64,000 bases of DNA. It comes from Camelus dromedarius (taxonomy: Eukaryota). The translations under genes were made by a program, and so were the position numbers. The stretch is taken from the NCBI RefSeq assembly GCF_036321535.1, contig NC_087461.1, positions 27,528,001-27,592,000 on the forward strand, read 5' to 3'. The notes under the pieces were generated by a model. It ran no database searches. It saw only the letters and a program-made list of their open reading frames with translations, and had not been told where the DNA came from. Of the stretch, positions 22,131 to 33,129 are shown one piece after another (position 1 is the stretch's first letter; each line of letters begins with the position of its first letter).

Positions 22131-25100
22131 GTGGGGGGCACAGAAAGTCGCTGTTACAGGTGCAGGATAGTCTAACTCCTCAGCTGAGGCTCTGGGGTCT
22201 CAGGCGAACGGCCAGCGTCTTGGTGCAGCTCTCTGGGCGCTGCCGGGGTCTGAGCAGCGACTTAAGGCGACGCCCACGTGGATTTCTGTAGCTTCTTCTC
22301 GGCACAGTTCCCTCCCGTAATGTTCCCTTTCCTACAAATCCCAGCCCTCTCAGCAGCCCTGAGCAGATAAGAGCGAAGGAAATACTGCAGCTTCGAATTA
22401 CATAATTTCTAGAAAATGGTCACGCTGTTACTAAGCAAATGCCCGGGTGGTTTTAAATGGTTTCACTCAGCTGAATTATTCAGACATTCCCTCTCCTGCC
22501 CTGCGAGTCTCTCCCTCATCTGCCTGGACGCGTGCTCCTCGCGAGCACTCATCCCTGCTAGGGTCCTCAGGCCGCTTCTTCTCCCCTCGCCCCTGAGAGC
22601 CCGGCAGACCCTGGGGATGGAGGCTGCCCGCGGGAGCCGCGTCTCACCTGGGCTGCTTGCGCGCCTGCAGCCAGCCCTGTCGGCGTCCTTGCGCATTCCC
22701 CACAGCAGTTATCTCTGATGCCTGAACTGGCTCCTGAAGCCCACAGTCATGTTTTCTGCTACTCACTAAACTCTCGGTTCCAAGGAGAAATTCTCACATG
22801 TGTCAAGTCACGAACCAAATGGAAGCAACCGATACATTTTTTTTTTTTCTTTTGTCCTTCTTTCTTGTTCTATAAACTGACTGAGGTTAGCTCTGCAGGA
22901 GTGGAACTCCAGGCTCCCTCTGACTCCTTTTCTTCCCTCTGCTCTCACATCCTTATCACTTTGCAGTCCCAGAGAGTCTCTGCCAAGTGTCCCTGTGCCC
23001 ATTGTCTCCAGATGCTCACTTCCTTCCTGACTGTGGAGGAAGCCATCGATCTGGCTTCTGTTGCAACTCTTGGGTTCTGGTGTCCCTAAGTCACTAAACC
23101 TAAACGTGGCTTCCATTTTGTCAATTATTTCTTGGCTTGAGTACTAATGATGTTACTTTCTACACAAAAATTTTAAAACCCTTCACTGGGTTTCCATAGC
23201 CAAGTCCAAGATCCTGCGTCTGACATTCAGTGATTTCCAGGATTCTCTCTTGAAGTAGCTTTTTTTCTCATTGTTTTTATATATATCCTGTACCATAAGC
23301 AAAGTGGACAATGAGCAGATGCTTGATCCCACCCCCAACACTCCCGTCGCTGTTCCAGTTACCACTGCACTCTTCACCAGACGTGCCCCCCTTCCTTCCT
23401 CCTTCTTCCTTCAGAGCAACCTGCTGAAGTCCTGCCCAGCCTTTCAAAGAGCCTCATTGTCCTGAGGTCTTTAGGGGCCACAGCACAGATGGGCAGACTC
23501 TCACCCGCCTTTGAAAGTCACGATTTCCTTAATGGTCCGACGGCACTGAGGCTCGGGCATTGAACAGATGCTTACGACGCCCTCTTCGTGCGCACTCTGT
23601 GCTTTTACTCCGTGTGTCGTGCTTGGGTGGTGTTGGCCTCTTCTCAGCTCTGTGAAGGTTTGTACCAGGCTTCATTCACCTTTCCGTGTGGAAATTGTAG
23701 CCTTTCTCACAGTGCAGGTTGCGCTGTGGTTTTGCAGATCTTGCCTCTCAAGGGTGGTTTTCAACTTGGCTTTCCTCACAACGTGTGGTGCCCACCTTGA
23801 CCGCTGTGTCCTGCATCATTTTCATGGCAGTGGCTCCAGTCCTTTCTAGGAAGCAACGTCCCTCAAGGCTCTCACCACGTTTAGAGTCCCATGATCTGCG
23901 TCAATCTGAAACCATGCGCTGTGCCCTCCGTGGCGTTCCTTTACAGCCCTGAAACATAACAATGGGTTAAGATGTTACTTCTCTGAAAGTAAAACTATTG
24001 GTATTGAACAAACCTTTGGGTAGGTACGGAGTGACTCACCCCGAGAGAATGTCTGACTGAGTGGCATGTTGATACGGGTGATATTTTGGGGCTGGTTCAG
24101 TTTTCAGTGCCCCACACATCACAACCTACAAATGGCTGACAAGTTTATCTCTGTCTGGGAGAGGACGCGGACTGTTCATGTAAACACGTGCCCATGCACT
24201 CATTCGCAGATGTGCCGGGGCCTCTGGTCATTTGATTGTGAGATTCCTGAGAACAGTAGGAGCAGGAGCAGTAGGGTTTACCCGCCTGGGTTCTGCGGGG
24301 CGCTGTGAGGGCCAGGCGCCAGTCACAAATGACATCTTCCTTATTCCAAATCATAGCCTCAATTTCATCAGAAAAGGAACCTCTAGCAACAGCTGGAATA
24401 TATAGTATTTTGAGACCCCTTTCATCTCTAACTTTAACTGTAACTTTACCTCTGCCTTTAGATTATACCCTAAGTTTTATAATAAAAAAGGAATATTTTT
24501 AAATTAATAGGATTTTTAGCACTGACCTGGGAAAAGATTGGACCCTCAGTATTGTACTATGGGAGACTAAACTGTTTACTGCTTTAAGACCTGGTAGAAT
24601 TCACCCACCGCCAATAAAAAATGAAGACTTCTTTATGTACTGTGATGTAATATAATTACACTAATATAAAGTAAATATGAATGTACAATTCTCTTTCTTT
24701 CTCTTTCCACAACCGTCCCCCGTCCTCACCCCACACTTGCTGTTGGCAGTTAATACGTTATGTAGGATAACCTTGGTGATAGTGGTCAGCAAATTAATTT
24801 GGAAAATACAGGAAATTTTTCCTTTAGAACTGTTGAAGGCCATTTTGTATGGAAATAATGTTGTGAGACATTGCTTGCTTGGCCCGTGGTGACAACCACA
24901 ACTTCACAAAAGGCTAAGTACATTTGATGGGCTCACCTCGTTTTGCCATAGCCCTAAATCTTGGATCAATTTTAACTGAAATTTAAAACATTGGGTTTGT
25001 GAGCCATGGACGGAAATTTATATGCAAACAATCACTTATGTAAATGATTAAAAAAATCTTTGTCTTAAGAGTATTTCAGAAAGTTACAGTCTGAGTAGAA

Positions 25101-25402
25101 CTAAATGTCTCACTGAGAACAAGTACAAGAAAAAATGCCCCACAATCAGGAATTAAACTGTAAAATAAATGCCAAAATTATAAACAAATACATACTCATG
25201 GGTCTATAGAGTTTTTATTTTAGTATGATTTTAGAAATATTGAGGAAAGTTTCAGCAAGTTACCAGATGCATTCTTATCAATATTAAGACAGTTTGGATT
25301 TTTGTTGAAAACAAACCAAATAACCCCCCACACACACACAAAATTACAGAACAATACAAACATACCAACAAATGAGAGAAAGGATTTCATTAAGACACTT
25401 AG

Positions 25403-25501
25403 AATTCCGTGACCATCCAGATTTTAATAGTTTTGTATATCTTATGAAAAAGATGTATTCTTCACTACCTCCTCCTCCAAAGGACAAGCATAAACTGAAA
25501 T
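25403..25501 (+). CDS. Candidate symmetric (phase 1-1) exon, unidentified ([E]FRDHPDFNSFVYLMKKMYSSLPPPPKDKHKLK)
   Basis: 99 nt, open frame, strong donor AAT|gtgagt, acceptor 'taagacacttag|'. No homology recognised. Confidence 0.25.
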
Positions 25502-25544
25502 GTGAGTAAAATATGAAAAAGAAGAAGAAAATGAAATGGAATCA

Positions 25545-25620
25545 AACAGATTAATTAATTCATTTATTCACTCACTCATTCAACAGTTACTGAATACACA
25601 CGAGGTACCTACACTTCATG
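25545..25620 (-). mobile_element. L2 3'-end fragment
   Basis: 'aattcatttattcactcactcattcaacagttactgaatacac' is the typical L2 tail in reverse. Confidence 0.55.
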
Positions 25621-25854
25621 TTGTTAGTGTAGCTAACATCAATATTAATAATGGAGACTTTTTAATTGTTTATTTTTTCTTGAAGGACTGGCTTTCTTTG
25701 TGCAATTCGTATGCTTATATGACTGTGAATTCCATGACAAAAGAAGGTATATTTTATACACCTCAAAATGCTGCCATTCTAGGGACTATATGAATGTTAA
25801 GACCTTCTGTACGTAGTGTAAAATCAATTTGGGTAGATAAGATCAGCACAAATG

Positions 25855-25925
25855 CGAGAGAAAGAAAGGAGAGAAAGTGAAAGAAGGGGAAAATGGAGGA
25901 AGGGAGGGAGGGAGGGAGGAAAGAG
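25855..25925. repeat. Purine-rich low-complexity tract (GA-rich, (GGAG)n)
   Basis: 'gagagaaagaaaggagagaaagtgaaagaaggggaaaatggaggaagggagggagggagggagga'. Confidence 0.8.
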
Positions 25926-27667
25926 CATTCCAGGAAAAGGAATTTAAAGATTAAGATAACACTACAGATCCTCCACCGTGCCAGAGTGACCTGAGGTCAC
26001 AGGAGGGGGAATTTCAAAAAATAAGTTGGGATGTGAGCTGAGACTTGAAAATGAAAACTGTGGGATGCGTGCCATTCCAAAGCGGAAGAAAATGTATGCA
26101 AAAGATATGGAAGGGAAAAAATTGGGATTCACTGAAAAATGGTCTTTTTAAAGAATGGACTGATAAGCTGGGAAAGGAAAAATGTGTGAGGACTTGAGTG
26201 ATGGTCTCAGAATCTGAATTTGTGCAAAAGGAGATACAAATTGAGCTTCTCTGAGGAAGAATCTTACAAAAACATGCCAGCTAGATTTAAGAAGGAAAAC
26301 CTCCTAATTTGACATTGCCCTACTGGGTGTTTTGTGAAGGATAACATAGTTGGGTTAGACAAAGTTGGGCAGGTTTCTTTACTGCACAACTTTCCAGAGC
26401 CCTGAATTTTCAGATACACACCATTATATTTCCAACCAAAGGGAACATATGCATCATTTTTATGCTTATTTTATCATGAGACACAAGAGCAGTTTGTGAA
26501 CAGCTATTCCAGGTGCTCATTGAAACATGGCGATCACAGGGGTCTCACGAGCGTGTGGTGAGGCCACCTGCTGCAGGGTCGGGGCCAGACGGTCCTGCAA
26601 AGTCCACTGAGCGTTTTGGACAGAAGACTTCGTCCTCTCCAAGCACAACGGCTTGTTTGTTTCCCAGGACAGCCCTTTCTGTCTTTACACAGCTCCAAGG
26701 TTAGGACAATTTTCTGCACGTTATCTTTCTCTAATAATCAGTCACAGTCCTGGTTCTAATATCTCCTTTTTTTTAGGAGAAAATATTTGGTATCATCTCA
26801 TTAAAACTCACATCATTTCACTTAAACATCAGCTGGATACTTGCTAGAAAAATTGTCGTGAGCACTAAGTTTTGGCAAAGTTGATGAGATGCGGTATACT
26901 GGCCCAGCAGTATAGCATGAATGGTAGTTTTATCTCGGTCTTTGCCGTAAATACAAATTAGAACTTCCTGCTTGCAATTTTATCATTATGTATTTAGACA
27001 TAGGCAGAAAGTTCATTTCTAGTGACTGCTGAACATTGAGCAATTCCAGTTCCCAGATTGGGTCACGAAGGGTACTCTGATTTAGCAATAATTTTATCCC
27101 CAAAATAGACTCGGCTACATGGCGTCCAGCTGCCACGTGGGCAAAGTAGGTCAGGGTGCACCTCCCCGTTGTTTGCGCCGCGGCCGTGGGAGGCCGGTCT
27201 CGGGAAGTCTCTGTCTTTGTATTGCGCGGCTCTGACCCCCTGGGAGTTCCAGAGATAACCTGATTTCATGTCTTTTTGCTCAGAAAGAAAGAATGCTTGT
27301 TCATCTTAAGCACTTGAAGTTTCGTTTCTGTTTAAGGATATCGCTTTGACACCTGGAGCACAGCAAAACTGCTATGGAACTAGGAATTATCCAAAAGAGA
27401 AAAGTGTGTGCCTCAGAAAAATAGACAAACACTAACTTCTGGGCCCTCTGGTAACACTATTTTGAATTACCTGATAATTTTTCATAAAATGTCACTGTTA
27501 CTATCTCTCATACGTGTATAAGTGGTTTGTCGTGTGGTGAGTACAATTTGTAAAAAGATTTATTTTGCAGCCAAGGGGGTTTTGTATATAATTCAATTTA
27601 AGAATACCAGGATGCAGGCTAAACAGCGGATATCAGCAACCACGTATCTTGAAATGTCCAGTAGAAA

Positions 27668-28050
27668 CATTCTTTCTTTAATTGAAGTACCGGCGGCGAG
27701 CGGCGTGCCGGCTTCTGGCGTGCCGCATCACGTCCCGGTCACGCGTGTGTAGACATGCATGTGTTTGTTTGCATAGTCTTCTTCGTTATGGGTTACTGCA
27801 AGATACTGGATATAGTTCCCGGTGCTGTATAGGAGTTTGCTTTTATAACCTATTTTTTATGTAGTGGTTAATATTTTCAAATCTCTATCTCCCAACTTAC
27901 CCCGTCCCACCCCCTTTCCCCACCCGATAACCCTAAGCTTGTTTACTATGTCTGTGAGTCTGCTTCTGTTCTTTAGATGAGCTCATTAGTGTCCTCTTTT
28001 TTCTTTTTTTAGATTCCATATATGAATGCTGTCATATGGCATGGAGTAAA
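27668..28050 (-). mobile_element. 5'-truncated lineage-type L1 3' end
   Basis: Collinear with the copy at 62310-62720: 'aagatactggatatagttcccggtgctgtata', 'taaccctaagcttgtttactatgtctgtgagtctg', 'agatgagctcattagtgtcctcttttttc'. Confidence 0.9.
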
Positions 28051-28169
28051 AATATTCTGATAGCAATTTTGTTCACAATATTTCGTGATTCAGGTTACAC
28101 AATTTTATATACTGTGTGTATAACATGTATGATTAGCTATAATAACATTTAATATGCAGACGAAGAGAA

Positions 28170-28830
28170 AGAGACGGTTTCGCCTCGAGGATGGGGGGAT
28201 TTGAAAGCAGAAAGCCCACACCATTTGTGTGACGTCCCTAAGCCCCGGAGCTCATTCCGTGGGCGAAGCGACGGCGCTGGGCCTAGGCAGGGCGCGTGTG
28301 CGCACGCGCAGGCGGGCGAAGCTGTTTATTTGGATCGCAGTTGTATTTGTTTATTATCAGACGCTACTGCTTTTCTGAAAAATGGAAACTCCTGGAGTCA
28401 TCATGCAAACTACAATAAGCCAAATAATTATTGCAGTGATGGCAAGACCTGGAAACGCAATGTCCAATTTCATATTAAGTCACAGTCAAGACTGTTTTTT
28501 GGCCTGGTTTGCTAACGCCTCCTGCAACCGTAAAATTTGGCTGCAACAGGGCAACCCAATACTGGTGAGAAAACACTGGGGTTGGTGCCGCTTTCTTCAG
28601 CAGCCGCGGAGAGCGGGGACCGCGCCTCCCAGCGCTGCGGGGGAGTCCGCGACTTGGGTCTGGAGCCGGCGCCGCACAAGGAGGCGGGTGCCGTGTGCTG
28701 GCGCCTCGGGCGCTGAAAGGCCTCACCGGCGCGTGTCGGGGCGGCCGGCGACGGCGCCTCTGCTCTTGGCGGGGATCAGCCCAGAGCGCGACCTCAGTGA
28801 GGGGTCCTGCGGCCGGAGTTCTCGAAAGGA
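28170..28830. promoter_or_regulatory. CpG-island-like promoter region (two GC/CpG blocks separated by an AT-rich ~250 bp spacer)
   Basis: Dense CpGs at ~28170-28320 and ~28590-28825 in non-repetitive DNA, with an NRF1 motif and a CRE half site (TGACG at ~28230). Possible first-exon donors: CCG|gtgagg on the minus strand (~28728) and CTG|gtgaga on the plus strand (28564/28565). Confidence 0.75.
28299..28310. promoter_or_regulatory. NRF1 binding motif
   Basis: TGCGCACGCGCA matches the NRF1 consensus YGCGCAYGCGCR exactly and lies within the CpG-rich block. Confidence 0.65.
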
Positions 28831-29657
28831 ACGTTTTCTCTTCCCTTTCTGGCCTCTCTCTTGGCTGACACAGCACCAGTGTATTTCCGTGAGAGCCTCT
28901 GAAAAGAACTTGACTTGAAAATACTGTTTGTTTCTCCTCCTGCTCTCCTTGGATTTCTCTTCTAAGAAAATAGAGAACAAAAAATACATTCTTGATGCGA
29001 GTCACTGTGTCCTTGAACCTGACAGCCCTCAAGATGCACGTGCCCGTCCGGAAGTTCGGACAGGAGCAGCTGACTGGATTGAAAATGCATTTTCTTATTT
29101 TAAGGTATACTTGCTCTTAGAATTAATCTTGCCACAATGGAAGTAATCTTCCCACAATTTCACCCTTGACTTGTGAGAAACATGCGCCCCTTTCAAATTC
29201 AAAGTCTCTGTTTCAGGGACAATTTTCTTTGTGTCCTATCTTCTGACAAAGTCTGCGGTTCATCAAGCTGTTGGTCTGTGACAGTCCATTGGTCCCTCTA
29301 ACCATGTGGCGTTCCCAGAGGTTTAATCCCTTTGGACTTTAAAATTATTTTGAATTTCATACTTTTAACTGGGTTTTCAGAAACAAATTGAATTTTGGTT
29401 TGTTTTTGTTTTTTCCCTTCAGTAACTAAGAGGTCTTTTAGGGCAAGAGTTGTTGTTGTTGACAGGAGGTTTAAGCCCTGTTAGGGTGCTTCTTTTCCAG
29501 GAGTCAGATGAAGATTGTCTCCCTCAAAACTTCAAACTGGCAGTTTGGGTCCGTGTGACGGAAAACTAGCTTTGTTCTGGTGGCTTGACTTCTGTCTTGG
29601 GAACCTGGCAGCACCTACGGCCAGAGTGTTGTCATTTGCATATGACCCACCTCAGAG

Positions 29658-30178
29658 TGTTACCAAGTCCAAACTCATTCTGCTCACCGCACAGCAGGCC
29701 CACAGATCGGGAGACGAGGTGTTGGGATAGGGAAGAATGACTTTACTCGGAAAGCCAGCAGATCAAGAAGATGGGGAACTAAGGTCCTGGAGAACCATCT
29801 TCCCCAAGTCAGGATTCAGGCTCCTTTTACACTAAAAGGGGGGAGGGGTGTGGTTGGTTGTTGCGAACTTCTTGGCGTCAGAATCCTTTGTTCTTGCAGC
29901 TGTGCAAGTGGGGCAGGTCATGGCGTCCCTGTAAAACCCTAACAAGACAGATGCTATTCTCTGTTCTGCAACTTTTCATCTCTGTATGAATGGGAAAGTG
30001 TTCTCCCCTTCGAGGTCAGAGCCTTGAGACTGGTCTCCCCTGTCTATTTCAGGCTCCAGGCCACATTCTTTCACAAAAGGTGCAGACCCAGCAGGACTGA
30101 GCCCAGGAGACGGAGCCCAGGGTCAGAGCCACAGGCGCAGGTCCCGTGCGGGGTCAGGCTTCTTCTCCCCTCGAGCCA
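29658..30178 (-). mobile_element. Solo ERV LTR, family A, reverse orientation
   Basis: Reverse complement aligns with 11670-12174 (e.g. 'tgttaccaagtccaaactcattctgctcacc', 'gggagacgaggtgttggg', 'cagaatcctttgttcttgcagctg', 'tatgaatgggaaagtgtt'). TATA and AATAAA equivalents are mutated (TGTAAAA, AGTAAA). Confidence 0.9.
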
Positions 30179-30733
30179 GAGGAGGTGGGCGACAGCATAT
30201 TGCGAGAATCCATGGGGAACTTGAGTTTTTATTTCCCTGTACACACAGGGAGCTTGTTGGGCCATTTAGTTAAAAATACAACAGCAGCGTTGAAAATAGA
30301 AGGATGTGTTCCTAATTATGCACATAAAGGGTAGGCCAATATTGCAACATCTGGTACTTTACTGTGACCCGAGTACCTGAGGTGAGCACTCTCAGCGGGA
30401 CCATCCTACACCCGGCCATGGGGACACTCACAGGGCTGCAGTGACGGGGCCCGGGGGGGACACGGGCTCCCTGCGCGCTTCAGCCCTCAGGACCCGGGGG
30501 GTGACCTTTCCAGCTCACCCTCACTTTTCCCCTACACTGCGGTGCAGTGGACACCTGTGCGTTCCTCACGTCCGTCCTTTCTAGACGAGCCAGCACTGAG
30601 GGGCTATGGGTCGAGCCCCTTTCCTGCTGTGGTAAGTCTTCCCTTTTCTGGAGTTAGTCGTGCACCTTGTCAGTGACCCCTTTGCAGACTGGTACATTGA
30701 TAAGGCCAGAAAGGGAATTTGAGGGGCTGCTTC

Positions 30734-31267
30734 TGCTACCTCAAAAGAGGAAGTGAAGAGACCCCAGTTCTTGTCTTACCTGAGAGACAAGATCTCAGAC
30801 GGGAGATGGAGTGGAGCAAAAGATTTAAAGGATTTATTAGCAAAGGGAGAGTGCATGACCAAGAGCGGGAGGCGGGCTGACCCGAGGCCGAGAGCCGGGT
30901 CTCTGCCCACCTCCTCCTCTTACTCCCTGGCTTAGGGGTGGTCTCTTGATTGATTGACAGCTCTTGTCCCTGGAGCGCTTAGTCGTGCTCGTCCCCTTTT
31001 GTGCATGTCCTTGCCCATGATGCACATAGAAACCCCCTGGGGTGGGGCTAAACTGCAGTGCTGATTATACTGCAGTGAGCATCCAGTCGTGTCCGGTTAG
31101 GTCCTCGTTGCTACCGCGCAGCTGCAAATGGCAAGTTCTAACCAGCTTTTTGCTGGGCTCATTTAGAGGAAGTAAAGCCACTTTATGCTGAAGGTGGACA
31201 CACCGCCATCTTCCAGACCATCCTTCCTCTCAGCCTCCTCCCTGCCCACTCATCTACCTACCTAACA
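30734..31267 (-). mobile_element. Solo ERV LTR, family B, reverse orientation
   Basis: Reverse complement aligns with 18144-18673 ('agaccccagttcttgtc', 'ggatttattagcaaaggga', 'ggtctcttgattgattgac', 'ctacctacctaaca'). Flanks CTTC/CTTT (TSD with one mismatch). AATAAA retained. Confidence 0.9.
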
Positions 31268-32899
31268 CTTTGGGGAAAAGGAGCAACCATTAGCTGAGCC
31301 ATGGCCAAGAGCTGAGGACAGCCCAGATCCTCACACAAACTCTCTCGTGACCTCCCAGCCCTGGAGTGCCCGGATGTGGGAAACCTGGCGCTGAGGAGAA
31401 ACACAACTTCAATCCAACGTGCTCTTCTGTTTTCTGCAAAGGGCCCCAAGAAGTGAAATCATTTGCCAAATTCCCACATCTTCTCTGTGGAGGTGGACTG
31501 GGGCAGAGAGTGAAACCAAAAACTAAAGTCTTCCCTTCATAACAATAGAAACAATTATTCCTCTAATAGAGCAAATCGTTTTGTGTTTGCAGACACATTT
31601 CTTTAGCTGGAGTATAAGCCAAGTTCTATTTTGACTTGCAGTAGCCAACTGACAGTTGTTCCCACGTGAAAGTCCACATGTGACATTCTTCTAAGTGTAC
31701 AGACATCCTCTGGCCTGTTGGCCCCACCCCTACATACACAGCCATGTGCATTTAGTGTTAGAATTCTCTGCACATTTTTTTGGAAGGATCCAGATTCCTT
31801 TTGTTTTCTGCTCGCTGGACAAGACTGCTCTGAGACAGTGTGGGAGGTGACCAGAATGTCAGGCAATGTGAAAGCTTTTTGCGTCTGGGCCCTGCGGTCT
31901 CTGCTCTGTGAGCCAAAGGGAGCTGCATGCATCAGTGGGAAGAAATCAGTGTTGAATTGCTTGCAACAAAATTATGTGCAGAACTATTTAACGAGATGCA
32001 GTGGTGATCAACATGGGGGCTCGCACACTATTTTGAAGCTGATATTTCTGGACTTCTGGTGCAAGGAGGAGGGGCAGAGGCTTCTATTTTCAAAACAATA
32101 GACACAAGAATGTGGTACCCACAGGACACCACAGAGACGCGGCAACATGCCACATACCCTCTGTTCATTTTTGTTTAAGACGTTCTCTTCTACTGCAAAA
32201 CATTCACAATTTTGTCCTCCTTTTTTCTAAATTATCCGTAATATTTTCCTCTCTGTTAGCCTGATTCCAGATCCAACTGGTCCAGGAGAATTCCTCCGAC
32301 AATTTGCTATCCCCAGTCACGGTTTCCTTTTTCTTCCTATTTAGTCTGTCCAGAACATTCAACACTCAAACACAGACAATCTTCTGCAAGAAAGGCCTTT
32401 CTCCTTGTCCATCTGTCCATCTCTTCCCCCAGCACTTAGGTTCTACTACTCTTGCTGCTGCTTCACTTTTGTGTACACTAGTGACTTGCGGCCTGAGCGC
32501 ATATCTACCTGCACAAGGAGAGCGCACTGCCCTCTGGGATGAAGCCTCCTTGAGGCCACTTCGGTACCCAAAGACTCCATGCGGTGACTTGACGCAGTAT
32601 CACTGCTGCATATGTTGCAGAACAGGTGAGGGAGGTCTTGGCTAAATAGATATTGTAATGGGCCTGACTCATGTCTCCAACAAGATTCTAAACAGCAAGA
32701 GCAAGAGCTGTGTGTTTGACTCCCTCTGGTGCTTGGCGAATTGCAGGTATTTAAAGTAAACGTAAACGGCTGACACGAGATGAGAGCTGCTCACAGCGGG
32801 CAGCCTACGCTGAGCACATGCGAGCAGCCTGCCCTGACCACCGCTGACACTGGCTGGGGATAAACTGCTTGTTAGACGCTGCCCCAAGTGTTTGTCACG

Positions 32900-33095
32900 T
32901 GCCATCTCATTTAATTGTTTCTCCCACCCTGCCACATAGGTGTGATTATTACCCTCACTGAGAGGCAAGGACACTGAGCACAGTGAGTAATTTGTCCAAG
33001 TTCACACCCAACAAAACAGACAGACAGAGCTGGCATTTGTACCCAAGTTGTCTGACTCCAAGACTGAGCCATTAGCCGTAAGTGCTGTAAGTAAT
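32900..33095 (-). mobile_element. MIR SINE
   Basis: 'gtgagtaatttgtccaagttcacac', 'gagctggcatttgtacccaagttgtctgactccaagact' correspond to the MIR core in reverse. Confidence 0.75.
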
Positions 33096-33129
33096 TGATA
33101 CCTGTAGCCCTCGAGAACACACATTTGCA

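Noticed and set aside
26930-27269. Two overlapping minus-strand ORFs suspected as an endogenous non-retroviral virus fragment or large exon
   Set aside because: No recognisable viral polymerase, nucleoprotein or capsid motifs, and splice signals are weak. Only a BLASTx search could revive this.
28382-29032. 178-aa (+) and 185-aa (-) ORFs across the CpG island
   Set aside because: Overlapping ORFs on both strands with Arg/Pro/Ala-rich low-information sequence are typical of CpG islands. Only the spliced 5' part is kept as a hypothesis.
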